A DNA stretch of 64,000 bases, taken from NCBI GenBank assembly GCA_014729395.1, contig WJJZ01000010.1, forward strand, positions 220,544 through 284,543. Reading direction: 5' to 3'. Made by a program: the position numbers and the translations under genes. The notes under the pieces are model-generated. The model searched no databases. It was not told the origin of the DNA and saw only the letters and a list, made by a program, of their open reading frames with translations. This document shows positions 46,490 through 57,150 of this stretch, one piece after another (the stretch's first letter is position 1; each line of letters starts with the position of its first letter). This DNA is from Candidatus Magasanikiibacteriota bacterium (GTDB taxonomy: Bacteria > Patescibacteriota > Patescibacteriia > Magasanikbacterales > UBA922).

Positions 46490-47119
46490 TTAAAAACGAT
46501 TTTTGTATTGACTCCAATTATCTAATTTCTTTTCGCTGTGAAAAACCAAGTATTCGTAGATAAATTTATTTATTTTATTATAATCATCATCTGAAATTAT
46601 AAGTCGGTTTATTTGCGGCCAGTCGGCTTGATTTAGAATTTGAAGATTTTGCTTTATTGAATTACTGGGAATGTTATTTGCATATGTTATATCAAATCCC
46701 AAACAGTTCAATAATTTAACAATATAAGCATCTATCAAGAAAAAATTATATTTTTCAGTTGAATCAATATATTTCAACCAACTCAGCAACAGTTCAAAAA
46801 AGTTCTCATCTTTTTCTCCCGTTTGAGTAAGTTTATCAAGTAAAGATACTATATAATTGGCCGCTAAACTTTTTTCTCTATTTTTTCTTATATTACTAAA
46901 ATATCTTATCGGCTGTACTTTTGTCAGGTGGTCTATTTCTTTTCCTTTTATTATTTCTATTTCCACAATTGAAAATGGTTCCAAGTGAGGTGAATTTTTG
47001 CTGGTTATTTTCTTTACACCCCGTGCCAGAAGTTCAACTTTACCCAAATTCAAAGTATAAAGTGATACTATTTGGTCATATTCGCGAAAATTACGTCGTG
47101 AAAGTGTAATCGCTATCAT
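46490..47119 (-). CDS. recO: DNA repair protein RecO
   Basis: N-terminal OB (IAITLSRRNFREYDQIVSLYT...GKVELLARGVKK), 209 aa. Confidence 0.7.
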   Translation of the reverse strand: MIAITLSRRNFREYDQIVSLYTLNLGKVELLARGVKKITSKNSPHLEPFSIVEIEIIKGKEIDHLTKVQPIRYFSNIRKNREKSLAANYIVSLLDKLTQTGEKDENFFELLLSWLKYIDSTEKYNFFLIDAYIVKLLNCLGFDITYANNIPSNSIKQNLQILNQADWPQINRLIISDDDYNKINKFIYEYLVFHSEKKLDNWSQYKNRF

Positions 47120-47163
47120 AACTTACAACAATTTGACAATAATATTATTCAAGAATCGAAAAA

Positions 47164-47541
47164 TTACCGCTTTATCTTATCCAAATAAGATTGTAAAATC
47201 AACATAGCCGCCTTCTCATCTCGACTCACTTCTCCCCCCATCTGATCAGCTTGTCGAGAAGTGAAACGTTCATCAACAAATTCAACAGGCACAACAATAC
47301 TCTTCTTTAATTCTTCAACAAATTTGCGAACAGCCTTAGTATTTTCATTTTCCTGCCCATCAAGTCCAATCGGCAAACCTACAATGACTGAATCAGCTTT
47401 TTCTTCACGAATTAATTTTGGTAGTTCCATTCTCCAATCACCGGTCTCTAATCTCCCATACGGCAAAACAACACCTAAAGCGGTATCCACCCAAGCTAGT
47501 CCGATTCTCTTTTTTCCATAATCAATACCTAATACATTCAT
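47164..47541 (-). CDS. ruvX: Putative pre-16S rRNA nuclease / Holliday-junction resolvase-like YqgF
   Basis: MNVLGIDYGKKRIGLA signature, 125 aa. Confidence 0.8.
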   Translation of the reverse strand: MNVLGIDYGKKRIGLAWVDTALGVVLPYGRLETGDWRMELPKLIREEKADSVIVGLPIGLDGQENENTKAVRKFVEELKKSIVVPVEFVDERFTSRQADQMGGEVSRDEKAAMLILQSYLDKIKR

Positions 47542-48359
47542 AATTTATATTTTATTTCTTCGGGTCTTCTGGTAACCACCAAAGGTTCACTTGTTGTGAT
47601 TACAACCGTATGTTCAAAATGCGCTGATAAACTGGCATCTTTGGTAGCTACACTCCAACCGTCGTCTGCTGTTATGACTTCATAATTACCTAAAGTTAGC
47701 ATCGGCTCTATTGCAATGACAACACCGGGCTCCAATTTCCAATTTTCCAGATCCTTATCATAAAAGTTGGGGACCCTAGGCGACTCATGCACTTCATGCC
47801 CGACACCATGACCGACCAGATCACGTACAATTCCATAGCCTTGCGGTTCCACCCAATCCTGGATCTCTTTACCAATATCGGCAATCGTATTCCCTGTATA
47901 GCATTTTGAAATACCTATCTCCAGAGCTTTCTTTGTAACATTCAACAATTGTCGCGCTTCATTGGGGATTTCTCCAACAGAAACGGTAATAGACGTATCT
48001 GTAAAATAACCTCTTTCACCTTTATCTAAATCTTTTACCGGCCACTGCATACCGATATCAATTGTAAAAATATCTCCGGATTTTAATATTTTATCTTTTG
48101 AAGCTATACCGTGTACAATTTCTTCATTAATGCAAGCACATATTGTCGAAGGAAAAGGCGGTTCTCCTTTCCTAGATCGGTAATTTTTAAACGAAGGCCG
48201 TCCACCGGCTCTTATTATCATCTTTTCTGCGGCTTTATCTATCTCATAAGCGGATACTCCCGGTTCAACTTTTTCTACCAAAGATTCCAAAATACGACCA
48301 AGAATTTCTCCGCCTTTAGATATTATTTCGATCTCTTTTTTCTGTTTAATATATGACAT
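47538..48359 (-). CDS. map: Methionine aminopeptidase type I
   Basis: Pita-bread fold motifs (FTIDIG, VGHGVGHEVHE), 273 aa. Confidence 0.85.
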   Translation of the reverse strand: MSYIKQKKEIEIISKGGEILGRILESLVEKVEPGVSAYEIDKAAEKMIIRAGGRPSFKNYRSRKGEPPFPSTICACINEEIVHGIASKDKILKSGDIFTIDIGMQWPVKDLDKGERGYFTDTSITVSVGEIPNEARQLLNVTKKALEIGISKCYTGNTIADIGKEIQDWVEPQGYGIVRDLVGHGVGHEVHESPRVPNFYDKDLENWKLEPGVVIAIEPMLTLGNYEVITADDGWSVATKDASLSAHFEHTVVITTSEPLVVTRRPEEIKYKL

Positions 48360-48368
48360 ATTTTTGTA

Positions 48369-49430
48369 TCACGTAATATACATGGCATCACCAAAACTGT
48401 AAAATCTGTATTTATTTTCAACCGCTTTTTTATAGCAATCAAGTATAAATTCTCTATCTCCGCTGAAGGCGGCAACAAGCATCAAAAGTGTTGATTTCGG
48501 TAAATGAAAATTAGTTATCATTGCATCAACAACCTTGAATTCAAACCCCGGTTTAATGAATATATCAATTTCTCCTTTATAAGCATCAACCTTATTTTTT
48601 CTTAAAATTTTTGATACACCTTCCAAAGTTCTAACCGTAGTTGTTCCGACAGCAATTACCCGCCTGCCCTCTTTTTTTGCCAGATTAATTTTTTTAGCGG
48701 AATCTTGTGATATTTCCACCCACTCACTATGCATTGTGTGATCCTCAATCCTTTCAGATTTAACCGGTAAAAAAGTACCTAAACCAACATGCAAAGTAAG
48801 ATCCGTAAAATCAACCCTCATGTCTTTTAATTTTTTTATTAGAGAATCTGTAAAATGAAAACCGGCCGTTGGCGCAGCTACTGAACCCTCATTTTTCGCA
48901 TATACCGTTTGGTATATATCCAGTTCATGCGGTTCATCTTTTACATAGGGAGGTACAGGAATATGTCCGTATTTATTAGCTTTATTTCTAACCATCCTTT
49001 CTTCATCCTCAAATTGTACCAAAATGGTACCATCTCTTTTTTTTACGAGTACATCACAATAAAAATCTTTGGCAAATGAAACCTTTGCACCGGCTCGCAC
49101 ATGACGACCGGGCCTTGCTAAAACCTGCCATACACCTACATTTTCAGTAGGTCTAACTAAAAAAATTTCTATATCTCGACCATGCTTTATTAAATTTCTC
49201 CCGGTGGAAGACACCAAACGTCCATAAAGCCTGGCTTTGAAAACTTTGGAATTATTCCAAACTATCAAATCACCCTTGTTTAAATATTTTGTTATATCAC
49301 AAAAATGACAGTGTTCAATTGTGTTATCTTTTCTGTCGACCACCATTAATTTAGACCTGTCTCTTGGCCTGATTGGGCTCTGTGCGATCAAATCTTTTGG
49401 TAAATTGTAATCGAATTCTGATGTTAACAT
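48369..49430 (-). CDS. queA: S-adenosylmethionine:tRNA ribosyltransferase-isomerase
   Basis: N-terminus FDYNLPKDLIAQSPIRPRDRSKLMV typical of QueA; start refined to MLTSEFDY. Confidence 0.8.
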   Translation of the reverse strand: MLTSEFDYNLPKDLIAQSPIRPRDRSKLMVVDRKDNTIEHCHFCDITKYLNKGDLIVWNNSKVFKARLYGRLVSSTGRNLIKHGRDIEIFLVRPTENVGVWQVLARPGRHVRAGAKVSFAKDFYCDVLVKKRDGTILVQFEDEERMVRNKANKYGHIPVPPYVKDEPHELDIYQTVYAKNEGSVAAPTAGFHFTDSLIKKLKDMRVDFTDLTLHVGLGTFLPVKSERIEDHTMHSEWVEISQDSAKKINLAKKEGRRVIAVGTTTVRTLEGVSKILRKNKVDAYKGEIDIFIKPGFEFKVVDAMITNFHLPKSTLLMLVAAFSGDREFILDCYKKAVENKYRFYSFGDAMYIT

Positions 49431-49519
49431 ATAATGTTGTGATAGTTGTAAGTTGTAGAGTTGTAAGTTACTTACCACATCAACTTACAACTTATTAACT
49501 TACTACTTTCTACTATTAA

Positions 49520-50560
49520 CTACCTAAGATACTTGGCTACATTCTTATTATGTTCCTCCAAGGTCTTGGAATAAATAACTTCACCGGTATCAAGGGTGGT
49601 TAAAAAATACCAAAAATCATTTTCCCTGGGGTATATAGCTGCCATAATCGATTCCAAACTCGGAGTTCCTATCGGACCCGGGGGTAATCCCGGATATTTA
49701 TATGTATTCCAATATGAATCAATATCCCGATCAGATTGCATTGTAAAAACAGAACCATCCTTTCCTATAATATAGTGAACTGTTGAATCTGCCTGCAAAG
49801 CCCAATCCATATCTAATCGTCTCCAAAAAATATCAGCAATTATTCTCTTGTCTTCCTCAGTCCTGGCTTCATGCTCTAAAATACTGGCCATGGTTAATAT
49901 CTCATGAATATTTCTGTCCTTTTCTTCAATATCACTATACATTTGCTCTGTTATTTCCCGGTCTCTTTGACTAATCAATTTTTCAACCACTTCTGACAAT
50001 TCCGCATCAGCATATATTCTATATGTATTCGGAGATAGGTACCCATCATAAGCAATATAATCAGGTTTTGATTGCATAATTTTATAACCCATAAAATCTT
50101 TAGTGGGTAAATCATCATGATCACCCAGCCTATAATCTGTTGCCGAGACACCAAGATAGTCTAATACTTCTTCGTATGAGGCTATATCTTCCTTGACAAA
50201 ATAATCAGCAATATCACGTATTGTCCAGCCGGGTATTATGGTTATAGTCTTCTCTATTTTTGATTTTGGATCATTTAAAGATTCCGCCACATTCACCATT
50301 GTAACAGGTGATTCTACTTCAAACTGACCTTGCTTCACTTTTCTATCAATCTTCCGCCATATCAAATACTTTTCAAAAATCCAAGCATTACTGATAATTC
50401 CCTCCTCTTCCAATCTGGTAGATAATTCGGATACTCTTTCATTCGGCTTGACTACAAAATTTACAGACTGTTCAGAGGTATTTTGCAGAAATAGCATCCA
50501 GTATAATAAAAAAAAGGCTGATAGAACCAATAAAATTAAAAATATTAATAATCTTTTCAT
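49520..50560 (-). CDS. mltG: Endolytic murein transglycosylase MltG (YceG-like)
   Basis: N-terminal TM, YceG fold motifs (PGLPPGPIGTPS), 346 aa. Confidence 0.8.
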   Translation of the reverse strand: MKRLLIFLILLVLSAFFLLYWMLFLQNTSEQSVNFVVKPNERVSELSTRLEEEGIISNAWIFEKYLIWRKIDRKVKQGQFEVESPVTMVNVAESLNDPKSKIEKTITIIPGWTIRDIADYFVKEDIASYEEVLDYLGVSATDYRLGDHDDLPTKDFMGYKIMQSKPDYIAYDGYLSPNTYRIYADAELSEVVEKLISQRDREITEQMYSDIEEKDRNIHEILTMASILEHEARTEEDKRIIADIFWRRLDMDWALQADSTVHYIIGKDGSVFTMQSDRDIDSYWNTYKYPGLPPGPIGTPSLESIMAAIYPRENDFWYFLTTLDTGEVIYSKTLEEHNKNVAKYLR

Positions 50561-50563
50561 ATT

Positions 50564-51616
50564 TTATAAATAATTCTCTAGATCTTCTTTTTTTAATTTT
50601 TCCAACACCCTATGCATATTTGATATTTGATCTTTATGACAAATAAAAGTCACATCATCGGTGTTTACAACCATAATACCATCAAGACCATGGGTCACAA
50701 CCAATTTATCATCTTCTTCATTGTATATCAGGCAATCCTTATCTTCAGTGCTTATAACATTACCTTTGGTATAATTTCTTTCCAAGTCCGGTTCCAGAGT
50801 TTCTTTGAGTGCATACAAAGTTCCGGGGTCGCTCCATCCGAAATCTACCTTCATAACAACCGCTTCATCAGAATCTATTTTTTCTAAAATTGCTTTATCA
50901 AAATGCATTGCTTCCAATTTTGGATATACTTCACTAATCAAGTGTTCATTTTCCACGATTCTTTGCAGATCATCATACATCTTGGGGTTGTGTTTCTTAT
51001 ACAAATTTAATACAAAATCTATATTAAAAATAAAATATCCAGGATTCCACAACCAGTTACCGCTGGCAAACATTTTTTCACATAGAGCTTTTTCCGGTCT
51101 ATATTTCCAACCTTCAAAAGAATATACTTCATTTGAGAGTTCATCACCAATCTTCATCCAACCCAAATTTTCGTTGGGAAACCTGGGTTGTTCAGCCAAA
51201 AAAATAAAACGATTTGGGTTCTTGTTAATCAATTTTTCCGACTTATACAAAGCTTGTTGAAACTTTTCCGGATATTCAACAAAATGGTCAGACCATAAAA
51301 CCGCTACTGTCCCGGAAAAACTCTTATTTTTTAAACGAAAAAGTGCCAAACCCACAGCAGCTGCCAAATCTCTTTTGGCCGGCTCCAACATAAGATGGTC
51401 TTCGAATAAATCAGGAATTTGTTCTTTCACCAAATGCTCATATTTTTCATTGGTGGATATGTAAATATTTTCCATACCAAAACACCTAACCCTATCTACC
51501 GCCATTTGCAATGTAGACTTACTCTCTTTCAGTTTTTCAAATTGTTTTGGTGAATTTTGCCTGCTAATCGGCCATAACCTGGTTCCGGCACCACCGGCAA
51601 ATATTATTAACTTCAT
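50564..51616 (-). CDS. Sugar-phosphate nucleotidyltransferase (mannose-1-phosphate guanylyltransferase-like)
   Basis: IIFAGGAGTRLWPISR GxGTRLxPxS motif, 350 aa. Confidence 0.75.
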   Translation of the reverse strand: MKLIIFAGGAGTRLWPISRQNSPKQFEKLKESKSTLQMAVDRVRCFGMENIYISTNEKYEHLVKEQIPDLFEDHLMLEPAKRDLAAAVGLALFRLKNKSFSGTVAVLWSDHFVEYPEKFQQALYKSEKLINKNPNRFIFLAEQPRFPNENLGWMKIGDELSNEVYSFEGWKYRPEKALCEKMFASGNWLWNPGYFIFNIDFVLNLYKKHNPKMYDDLQRIVENEHLISEVYPKLEAMHFDKAILEKIDSDEAVVMKVDFGWSDPGTLYALKETLEPDLERNYTKGNVISTEDKDCLIYNEEDDKLVVTHGLDGIMVVNTDDVTFICHKDQISNMHRVLEKLKKEDLENYL

Positions 51617-52191
51617 ACGAAAAAACTTTTAACTAAACTATACAAAGGTTGTGATACATTATCAAGGAGCCAAAATGAAAAAAAAGAAAAGAAAAATCCT
51701 ATAATTATTCCGCCTATAATATCACGAGGATAATGGACTCCGGCATAAACACGTGCGACACCGATACAAAAAGCAAAAAAAATACACAATAAAAAAAATA
51801 ATAAATTAGCTCCTATCAAGAAAGGAATGGTAGCCAGTATGAATGCAATGGTAGTATGGTCGGACGGGAATGACTTCCACGTCTTATAGGGGGTGAAAAG
51901 CTGTTTTATGTCAGGGTTATCTACTATTGGTCGACGGTTGACCCATAAAATTCCAATTAAAAAATTCAAAGAAATCGCAAAGAAAATACCCGTTAGTATC
52001 AATTTTACCAATAAAATGAATTTTTGCGGTTCAGACTCCGATAACAAAAAAACACCCCAAAACAAAACCAAAAAAGCCAGGGCATATATTAGCCAATGTG
52101 AAAAAAAGAGCATTATATAATCCAAATATCTGTTTTTTCCAATTTTATCATTAGCCCAAAAGAACAAATTTTTATTCCAATTTTTAAACAT
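51613..52191 (-). CDS. PAP2-family membrane phosphatase
   Basis: PAP2 motifs PSDHT and GVHYPRD, six TM. Confidence 0.7.
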   Translation of the reverse strand: MFKNWNKNLFFWANDKIGKNRYLDYIMLFFSHWLIYALAFLVLFWGVFLLSESEPQKFILLVKLILTGIFFAISLNFLIGILWVNRRPIVDNPDIKQLFTPYKTWKSFPSDHTTIAFILATIPFLIGANLLFFLLCIFFAFCIGVARVYAGVHYPRDIIGGIIIGFFFSFFSFWLLDNVSQPLYSLVKSFFV

Positions 52192-52345
52192 AGATTACAA
52201 TAACTGGAAAATAATTTGACCATAATTATACAATAATTACTGCTTAATACCGCCCTAATTATTGTAAAATTTTTATATAATTATTGTTTTATTATAATTC
52301 TATGATAGCTAAAATATGCCAAATTTGCAATATTATGCTGCGGTC

Positions 52346-52374
52346 TTGATTTTTATACTAAAATAGGCTATAAT
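52346..52374 (+). promoter_or_regulatory. Sigma-70-like promoter of rpmF-nusB-rnc
   Basis: TTGATT-17 nt-TATAAT ~45 nt upstream of rpmF start. Confidence 0.4.
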
Positions 52375-52418
52375 AGGCGCAGTCAATTGTATTATATATT
52401 CACAATAATGATTAAAAT

Positions 52419-52613
52419 ATGGCATTACCAGCAAAACAAAGAACCAGGACATCAAAAAAACAACGTGCTTCACATTTTGCATTATCAAAAATGAAGCTAA
52501 ATAAATGTGAAAAATGCGGTAAAAAAACCGAACCACATAAGGCATGCTTAAACTGCGGTTATTATAAAGGCAGACAGGTCATTAATAAGCTTAAAAAAGA
52601 CAAGAAAAAATAA
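52419..52613 (+). CDS. rpmF: 50S ribosomal protein L32
   Basis: MALPAKQRTRTSKKQRASHFAL...CxxC...CLNCGYYKGRQV. Confidence 0.85.
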   Translation: MALPAKQRTRTSKKQRASHFALSKMKLNKCEKCGKKTEPHKACLNCGYYKGRQVINKLKKDKKK

Positions 52614-52650
52614 AAAAACAAATAAATAAAACATATTTAACTTTTTTTCT

Positions 52651-53100
52651 ATGTCAAGTAGACATATAGCACGTTCCATAGCAATGCAATCATTATACCA
52701 ATGGGATTTCCGAGGACGACCGACTGCGGCATTACCGGCGATCGTTAAACACAATACCGAAGAATTCGGTGCGGGATTGACCGACGATAAAAAATTTGTG
52801 TCAGAAACGGTTGATGGTGTGGTTGATAATCTGAAAAAAATAGATAATATCATCGAAAAATACTCCACCAATTGGCCGTTGGATCAAATTAGTATTGTTG
52901 ATCGAAATATATTAAGGATCGGAACTTTTGAATTAAAGTTTAATGACAACATTCCGGCAAAAGTGGCTATCAATGAAGCCATTGAACTGGCAAAAAATTA
53001 TGGAGGCCCTTCCTCGGGAAAATTTGTTAATGGAATACTTGGGGCAATTTATAATGACATGGAAAAAGAAGATGATACAGACAATAAAGACAAAAAATAA
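52651..53100 (+). CDS. nusB: Transcription antitermination factor NusB
   Basis: [18 protein letters not shown]-terminus; 149 aa. Confidence 0.8.
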   Translation: MSSRHIARSIAMQSLYQWDFRGRPTAALPAIVKHNTEEFGAGLTDDKKFVSETVDGVVDNLKKIDNIIEKYSTNWPLDQISIVDRNILRIGTFELKFNDNIPAKVAINEAIELAKNYGGPSSGKFVNGILGAIYNDMEKEDDTDNKDKK

Positions 53101-53174
53101 TTATTAAAAATTGTCACCAATTTTTGGTGTAGCTAATCTAGCTATGCAAAAAATTGAGGGCTACAATTTAGCAT

Positions 53175-53936
53175 ATGCCAATAGAAAATTATAGTGAAAA
53201 AAATTTTCCCAATCTGGAAGAAAAAATTGGGATAAAATTTAAAAATCCGGATATTTTGGTTCAGGCTTTGGTCCACCGATCTTTTTTAAATGAAAATAGA
53301 AATTTCCCGCTACCCCATAATGAAAGGCTTGAATTTTTAGGTGATGCGGTATTGGAATTGGTAGTAACAGAATTTCTGATTGACAATTACCTGAATCCCG
53401 AAGGTGAACTGACAAATTGGAGAGCGGCTCTTGTCAATGCCAAAATGTGCGCAAGAGTTGCAAATGAAATCGGTTTAAATGAATATTTATTTTTGAGTCA
53501 TGGTGAACAAAAAGATGATAGTAAAAAAGCCAGAGACTACATATTATCAAATGCAATCGAAGCCCTAATCGGGGCTATTTATATTGATCAAGGCTGGGAT
53601 ATATCAAAACAGTTTATCACCAGATGGATAATAACAAAATTACCCGAAGTCTTGGAAAAAGGATTATGGATGGATCCTAAATCCAGATTCCAAGAAGCGG
53701 CTCAAGAAAAAACCGGTGTTACTCCAACATATAAAGTAATAAAAGAAGATGGACCCGATCATGATAAAAATTTCCTGGTAGCTGTTTATTTAGATAAGCA
53801 AAAAGTTGCCCAAGGGGAAGGCGGAAGTAAACAGGAAGCGCAAGTTGCAGCAGCTGAAGCAGCTCTTGAAGAAAAAAAATGGAAAGGCCCCAAAATAGAA
53901 ATACTGGAAAGAAATCCCGGAGATCCTATAGGATAA
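53175..53936 (+). CDS. rnc: Ribonuclease III
   Basis: RNase III signature ERLEFLGDAVLELVV, C-terminal dsRBD. Confidence 0.85.
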   Translation: MPIENYSEKNFPNLEEKIGIKFKNPDILVQALVHRSFLNENRNFPLPHNERLEFLGDAVLELVVTEFLIDNYLNPEGELTNWRAALVNAKMCARVANEIGLNEYLFLSHGEQKDDSKKARDYILSNAIEALIGAIYIDQGWDISKQFITRWIITKLPEVLEKGLWMDPKSRFQEAAQEKTGVTPTYKVIKEDGPDHDKNFLVAVYLDKQKVAQGEGGSKQEAQVAAAEAALEEKKWKGPKIEILERNPGDPIG

Positions 53937-54051
53937 TTATGATGCGAATATACAGATAACCTGCCGGCAGGCAGGTCCGGACTTGCGGATAGTTTGATTT
54001 TAGACTGACGTAATGTACAGTTTTCCACTATTCACATATACGTGTTATTAT

Positions 54052-54124
54052 GGGTCGTTAGCTCAGTTGGTAGAGCAGTTGCCTCTTAAGCAAATGGTCA
54101 CAGGTTCGAATCCTGTACGACCCA
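54052..54124 (+). tRNA. tRNA-Lys (anticodon CTT)
   Basis: GGGTCGTTAGCTCAGTTGGTAGAGCAGTTGCCTCTTAAGCAAATGGTCACAGGTTCGAATCCTGTACGACCCA; anticodon loop CTCTTAA. Confidence 0.8.
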
Positions 54125-54136
54125 CTAAAATAAATA

Positions 54137-54211
54137 GCACCCGTAGTTCAACTGGATAGAACGCCTGGCTTCGGACCAGGAGGTTGTGGGTTCGAGTCCT
54201 ACCGGGTGTAC
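54137..54211 (+). tRNA. tRNA-Arg (anticodon TCG)
   Basis: GCACCCGTAGTTCAACTGGATAGAACGCCTGGCTTCGGACCAGGAGGTTGTGGGTTCGAGTCCTACCGGGTGTA; anticodon loop CTTCGGA. Confidence 0.75.
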
Positions 54212-54241
54212 TAAAGCTGGCGAAGTTTATCCCGCCAAAAA

Positions 54242-54317
54242 GGGCCTGTAGCTCAGTTGGTAGAGCGTTGCATTCGCATTGCAAAGGTCATCGGTTCAAC
54301 TCCGATCAGGTCCACCA
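54242..54317 (+). tRNA. tRNA-Ala (anticodon CGC), G3:U70, encoded CCA
   Basis: GGGCCTGTAGCTCAGTTGGTAGAGCGTTGCATTCGCATTGCAAAGGTCATCGGTTCAACTCCGATCAGGTCCACCA. Confidence 0.8.
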
Positions 54318-54464
54318 TTCTTCGTATAGCGAAGAATGCTCTTCGTAGCTTTAGCGAAGAAGGGATATTACTAGATTCAAGTTAACAACTCTATCCACGG
54401 CTGCGCTTCGAATGACGCAGCCATTCAATAATCTAAATTTACTACATCGACATAATTAAATATA

Positions 54465-54489
54465 AAAATAGCCCGGTTGGGCTATTTTT
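54465..54489. terminator. Bidirectional rho-independent terminator
   Basis: AAAAATAGCCCGGTTGGGCTATTTTT; between tRNA cluster and convergent DUF378 gene. Confidence 0.6.
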
Positions 54490-54505
54490 ATATTTTTGCT
54501 CTTCA

Positions 54506-54712
54506 TTATTTTTTTCCAAATTTCATCGACATCAAAGCCACATAAACAGCTGATAATCCTACCAAAGAGTAAACCACTCTTGAGAAGGCAGACATATCTC
54601 CGAACAAAGTAGCAACCAAGTCAAAATTGAATAGCCCGACAAGACCCCAATTTAGACCACCTACTACGACTAGAACCATAGCGATCCAGTCTAATGCATT
54701 TAATTTTTTCAT
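54506..54712 (-). CDS. DUF378-family small membrane protein
   Basis: 68 aa; LVVVGGLNWGLVGLFNFDLVATLFG matches DUF378 signature. Confidence 0.6.
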   Translation of the reverse strand: MKKLNALDWIAMVLVVVGGLNWGLVGLFNFDLVATLFGDMSAFSRVVYSLVGLSAVYVALMSMKFGKK

Positions 54713-55180
54713 ACGACAAGCATTTTTCGATGTTTGAAAACACCTAAATTAATGTTTATATTATACCATAATATAGTAAAAAAAAGGAAATTATAAACCC
54801 CGCCAAGTAGGCGGGGGTTATTTTTAACTGTACCCAAGAAGATATACCTTAGAAAATTTGCGAGCCGAAGCCTGCAAAAACCTAATGCATATCCCCATGC
54901 TTGTCGTGGGCACAGAGAGATACATATTTACAAAAAATAGAGCACTTAATTTAAATATATATTTTCTCTACACCCTTCAACACAATACAAATGCATTCAA
55001 GGAGAACAGTTTGTTTACAATGCATTATTGCAACGAAAAAACAGCTTTATTAAGCTAACATAAAATAATATCAAAAAAAATATACTTTGTCAAGTATATT
55101 TACCGCTATAAATTGATAATTTAGCTAAAATATAATAAAAAAGGCCTCTTTTACTGTAATTGATATTTTCATTTATTTGC

Positions 55181-57148
55181 TTACTCTTCAGTTATTTTTT
55201 CATCTTCACCATTACCTTGTTCAGTCTTGTCATCCTCAACACCCACCAAGCAAATCTGTGGTAAAGGTCTGTAATGGCTGGTGAAAACTCTTTTTTCTTC
55301 TTCTTCATCCGGTAACTGCCTAAAATAAGTAAAGAATGCATCAGCTCCGGTATAGGCATGCTGGCATTCTCGCTCACCGGGAGCAATCTTTGTGGTTTCA
55401 ACCTCTCTGGTTTCACCATAAGGAATCCACCGAGTCACAGTGGGATGTGTGAAATAAGCAGTCCTTCCATCATCCGTACCCCACAGTGTAAAAATTAATT
55501 CCATTCTATTATAATCAGCCTGAGCCTGAATCAGCACATAATTGTCTGTATCATTTAAAAATCTAAAATCCGGTGCCGGATCATAAATAGTAGCATCAGT
55601 CCCGGGTAAACCATTTACCGGGTCATTATAATAATGTACAACCAAAGAATGATTTCGCCTCTGAGTTATATCCATTCCCGCATTCATAGCCATTCGAAAT
55701 AATGTAGTTCCAATCTGACATAAACCACCACCAATCTCGGGTTTAATTTCATCACCTTTAATTACCAACTCTGGATAATAACCACCCTCATAGGTAAAAG
55801 GTCTGGTATATGCAATAGTGGAAAATTCTTCACCCGGCTTTATTAAAACACCGTTTAGTTTGGCAATGGCATTGGCAATATTTCTTATTCTATTTCTGGG
55901 GCTTCCACTAAAATCTGAAATTCCAACACCGAGAACTTCCGCTACACCCAAGTCATTAACTTCACCTGTTTTTATCTCCGGCTCCACCTGCTCAACCATC
56001 ACCTGAACTTCATTTGTAATACCTTCATCATGCCAGGATCTTTGTAGGATTGCGTCATTTATTAGTTCATATGTTTTTTCCTTATCCAAACCTATCCCCG
56101 GTCTTGACCCTTTAAATTCAACCACTTTACCATTTTCGTTCATCTCAAAACGGGCATTCTCCGCTTCGATGTTTACAATCGGTTCAATGTTATCTGAAAA
56201 AAATTCCATCACTTTTTCTTTTACCAGTCCAAAACCCAAATCCCCTTCTCCGGTCTTTTGAACTGAAAGCCAATTCTTCATATCCTCTAATTTAATCCAC
56301 CAATTGTATTCTCTTTTTAAATGGGGGTCAGTGTATGTTATTTGCAATCCTCCATGCGTGAATACTTCGGGAATTCTGTCTTCAATTTCCTTTACATCAG
56401 TCTCCAGTATTTCCGCCTTTTCTTTGTTTTGTTTAATAATAACGTCAGTTATTTTCAATTTGGACCAAGCTGACACGATTTGATCAACCGCATCACTGTA
56501 CTCATAGGTAACACCGGGTGAAGAAGTGGTTATCGTGTAGTCAAGAGGGATGATTGTTTTGATATTTACATCCGCATTGCGCGCCGGCTCTTCATATTGA
56601 TCCAGTCTATCTTTAATTTCAAGATTGATTTTATCTCTATCAATAATAATATTTTCCACTTCCAAATGTGTCTTGCTTATTCTGCTTTCTAAAACTTTGT
56701 ATATTTTTTCAAAAAAATCCCCGTTCTTACCGTAATTAATCAAACGCTCCGACTCCTCTTCTGCATCTATATATAAAAGCTCTATCGAACCATCTTCGGC
56801 AACAATTATTGGGGATAAAATAAAATCATTTTCTCTTCCTTCTGGTGTGATGAACTGAAAATTCAATCCATGGCTTACCAAATCATCATTTTTTGTTTGA
56901 AGAAGTATGTAAATTTGATCTTTCTCCATTCCACCAATGTATTGCTCGCCAATATAAACACCAGGTAAAACTCTTTGCTCATAGCTCCTGGCATAAGCTA
57001 CCAGGCCAATAAAAAAACCTCCAAGTACTACCAATACTATAATCAAAATCAACCAAATACGACGCCAAGAAAAAGGAATTTTTCTTTCCTTAAAAAAATC
57101 CTGTAATTTTCTTTTTAGATTTTTCTTTTTAAAAATTCTTTTAAACAT
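55181..57148 (-). CDS. VanW-family protein (YoaR-like) with N-terminal TM and peptidoglycan-binding-like region
   Basis: VanW core GGGLCQIGTTLFRMAMNAGMDITQRRNHS; 655 aa. Confidence 0.75.
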   Translation of the reverse strand: MFKRIFKKKNLKRKLQDFFKERKIPFSWRRIWLILIIVLVVLGGFFIGLVAYARSYEQRVLPGVYIGEQYIGGMEKDQIYILLQTKNDDLVSHGLNFQFITPEGRENDFILSPIIVAEDGSIELLYIDAEEESERLINYGKNGDFFEKIYKVLESRISKTHLEVENIIIDRDKINLEIKDRLDQYEEPARNADVNIKTIIPLDYTITTSSPGVTYEYSDAVDQIVSAWSKLKITDVIIKQNKEKAEILETDVKEIEDRIPEVFTHGGLQITYTDPHLKREYNWWIKLEDMKNWLSVQKTGEGDLGFGLVKEKVMEFFSDNIEPIVNIEAENARFEMNENGKVVEFKGSRPGIGLDKEKTYELINDAILQRSWHDEGITNEVQVMVEQVEPEIKTGEVNDLGVAEVLGVGISDFSGSPRNRIRNIANAIAKLNGVLIKPGEEFSTIAYTRPFTYEGGYYPELVIKGDEIKPEIGGGLCQIGTTLFRMAMNAGMDITQRRNHSLVVHYYNDPVNGLPGTDATIYDPAPDFRFLNDTDNYVLIQAQADYNRMELIFTLWGTDDGRTAYFTHPTVTRWIPYGETREVETTKIAPGERECQHAYTGADAFFTYFRQLPDEEEEKRVFTSHYRPLPQICLVGVEDDKTEQGNGEDEKITEE

Positions 57149-57150
57149 TT

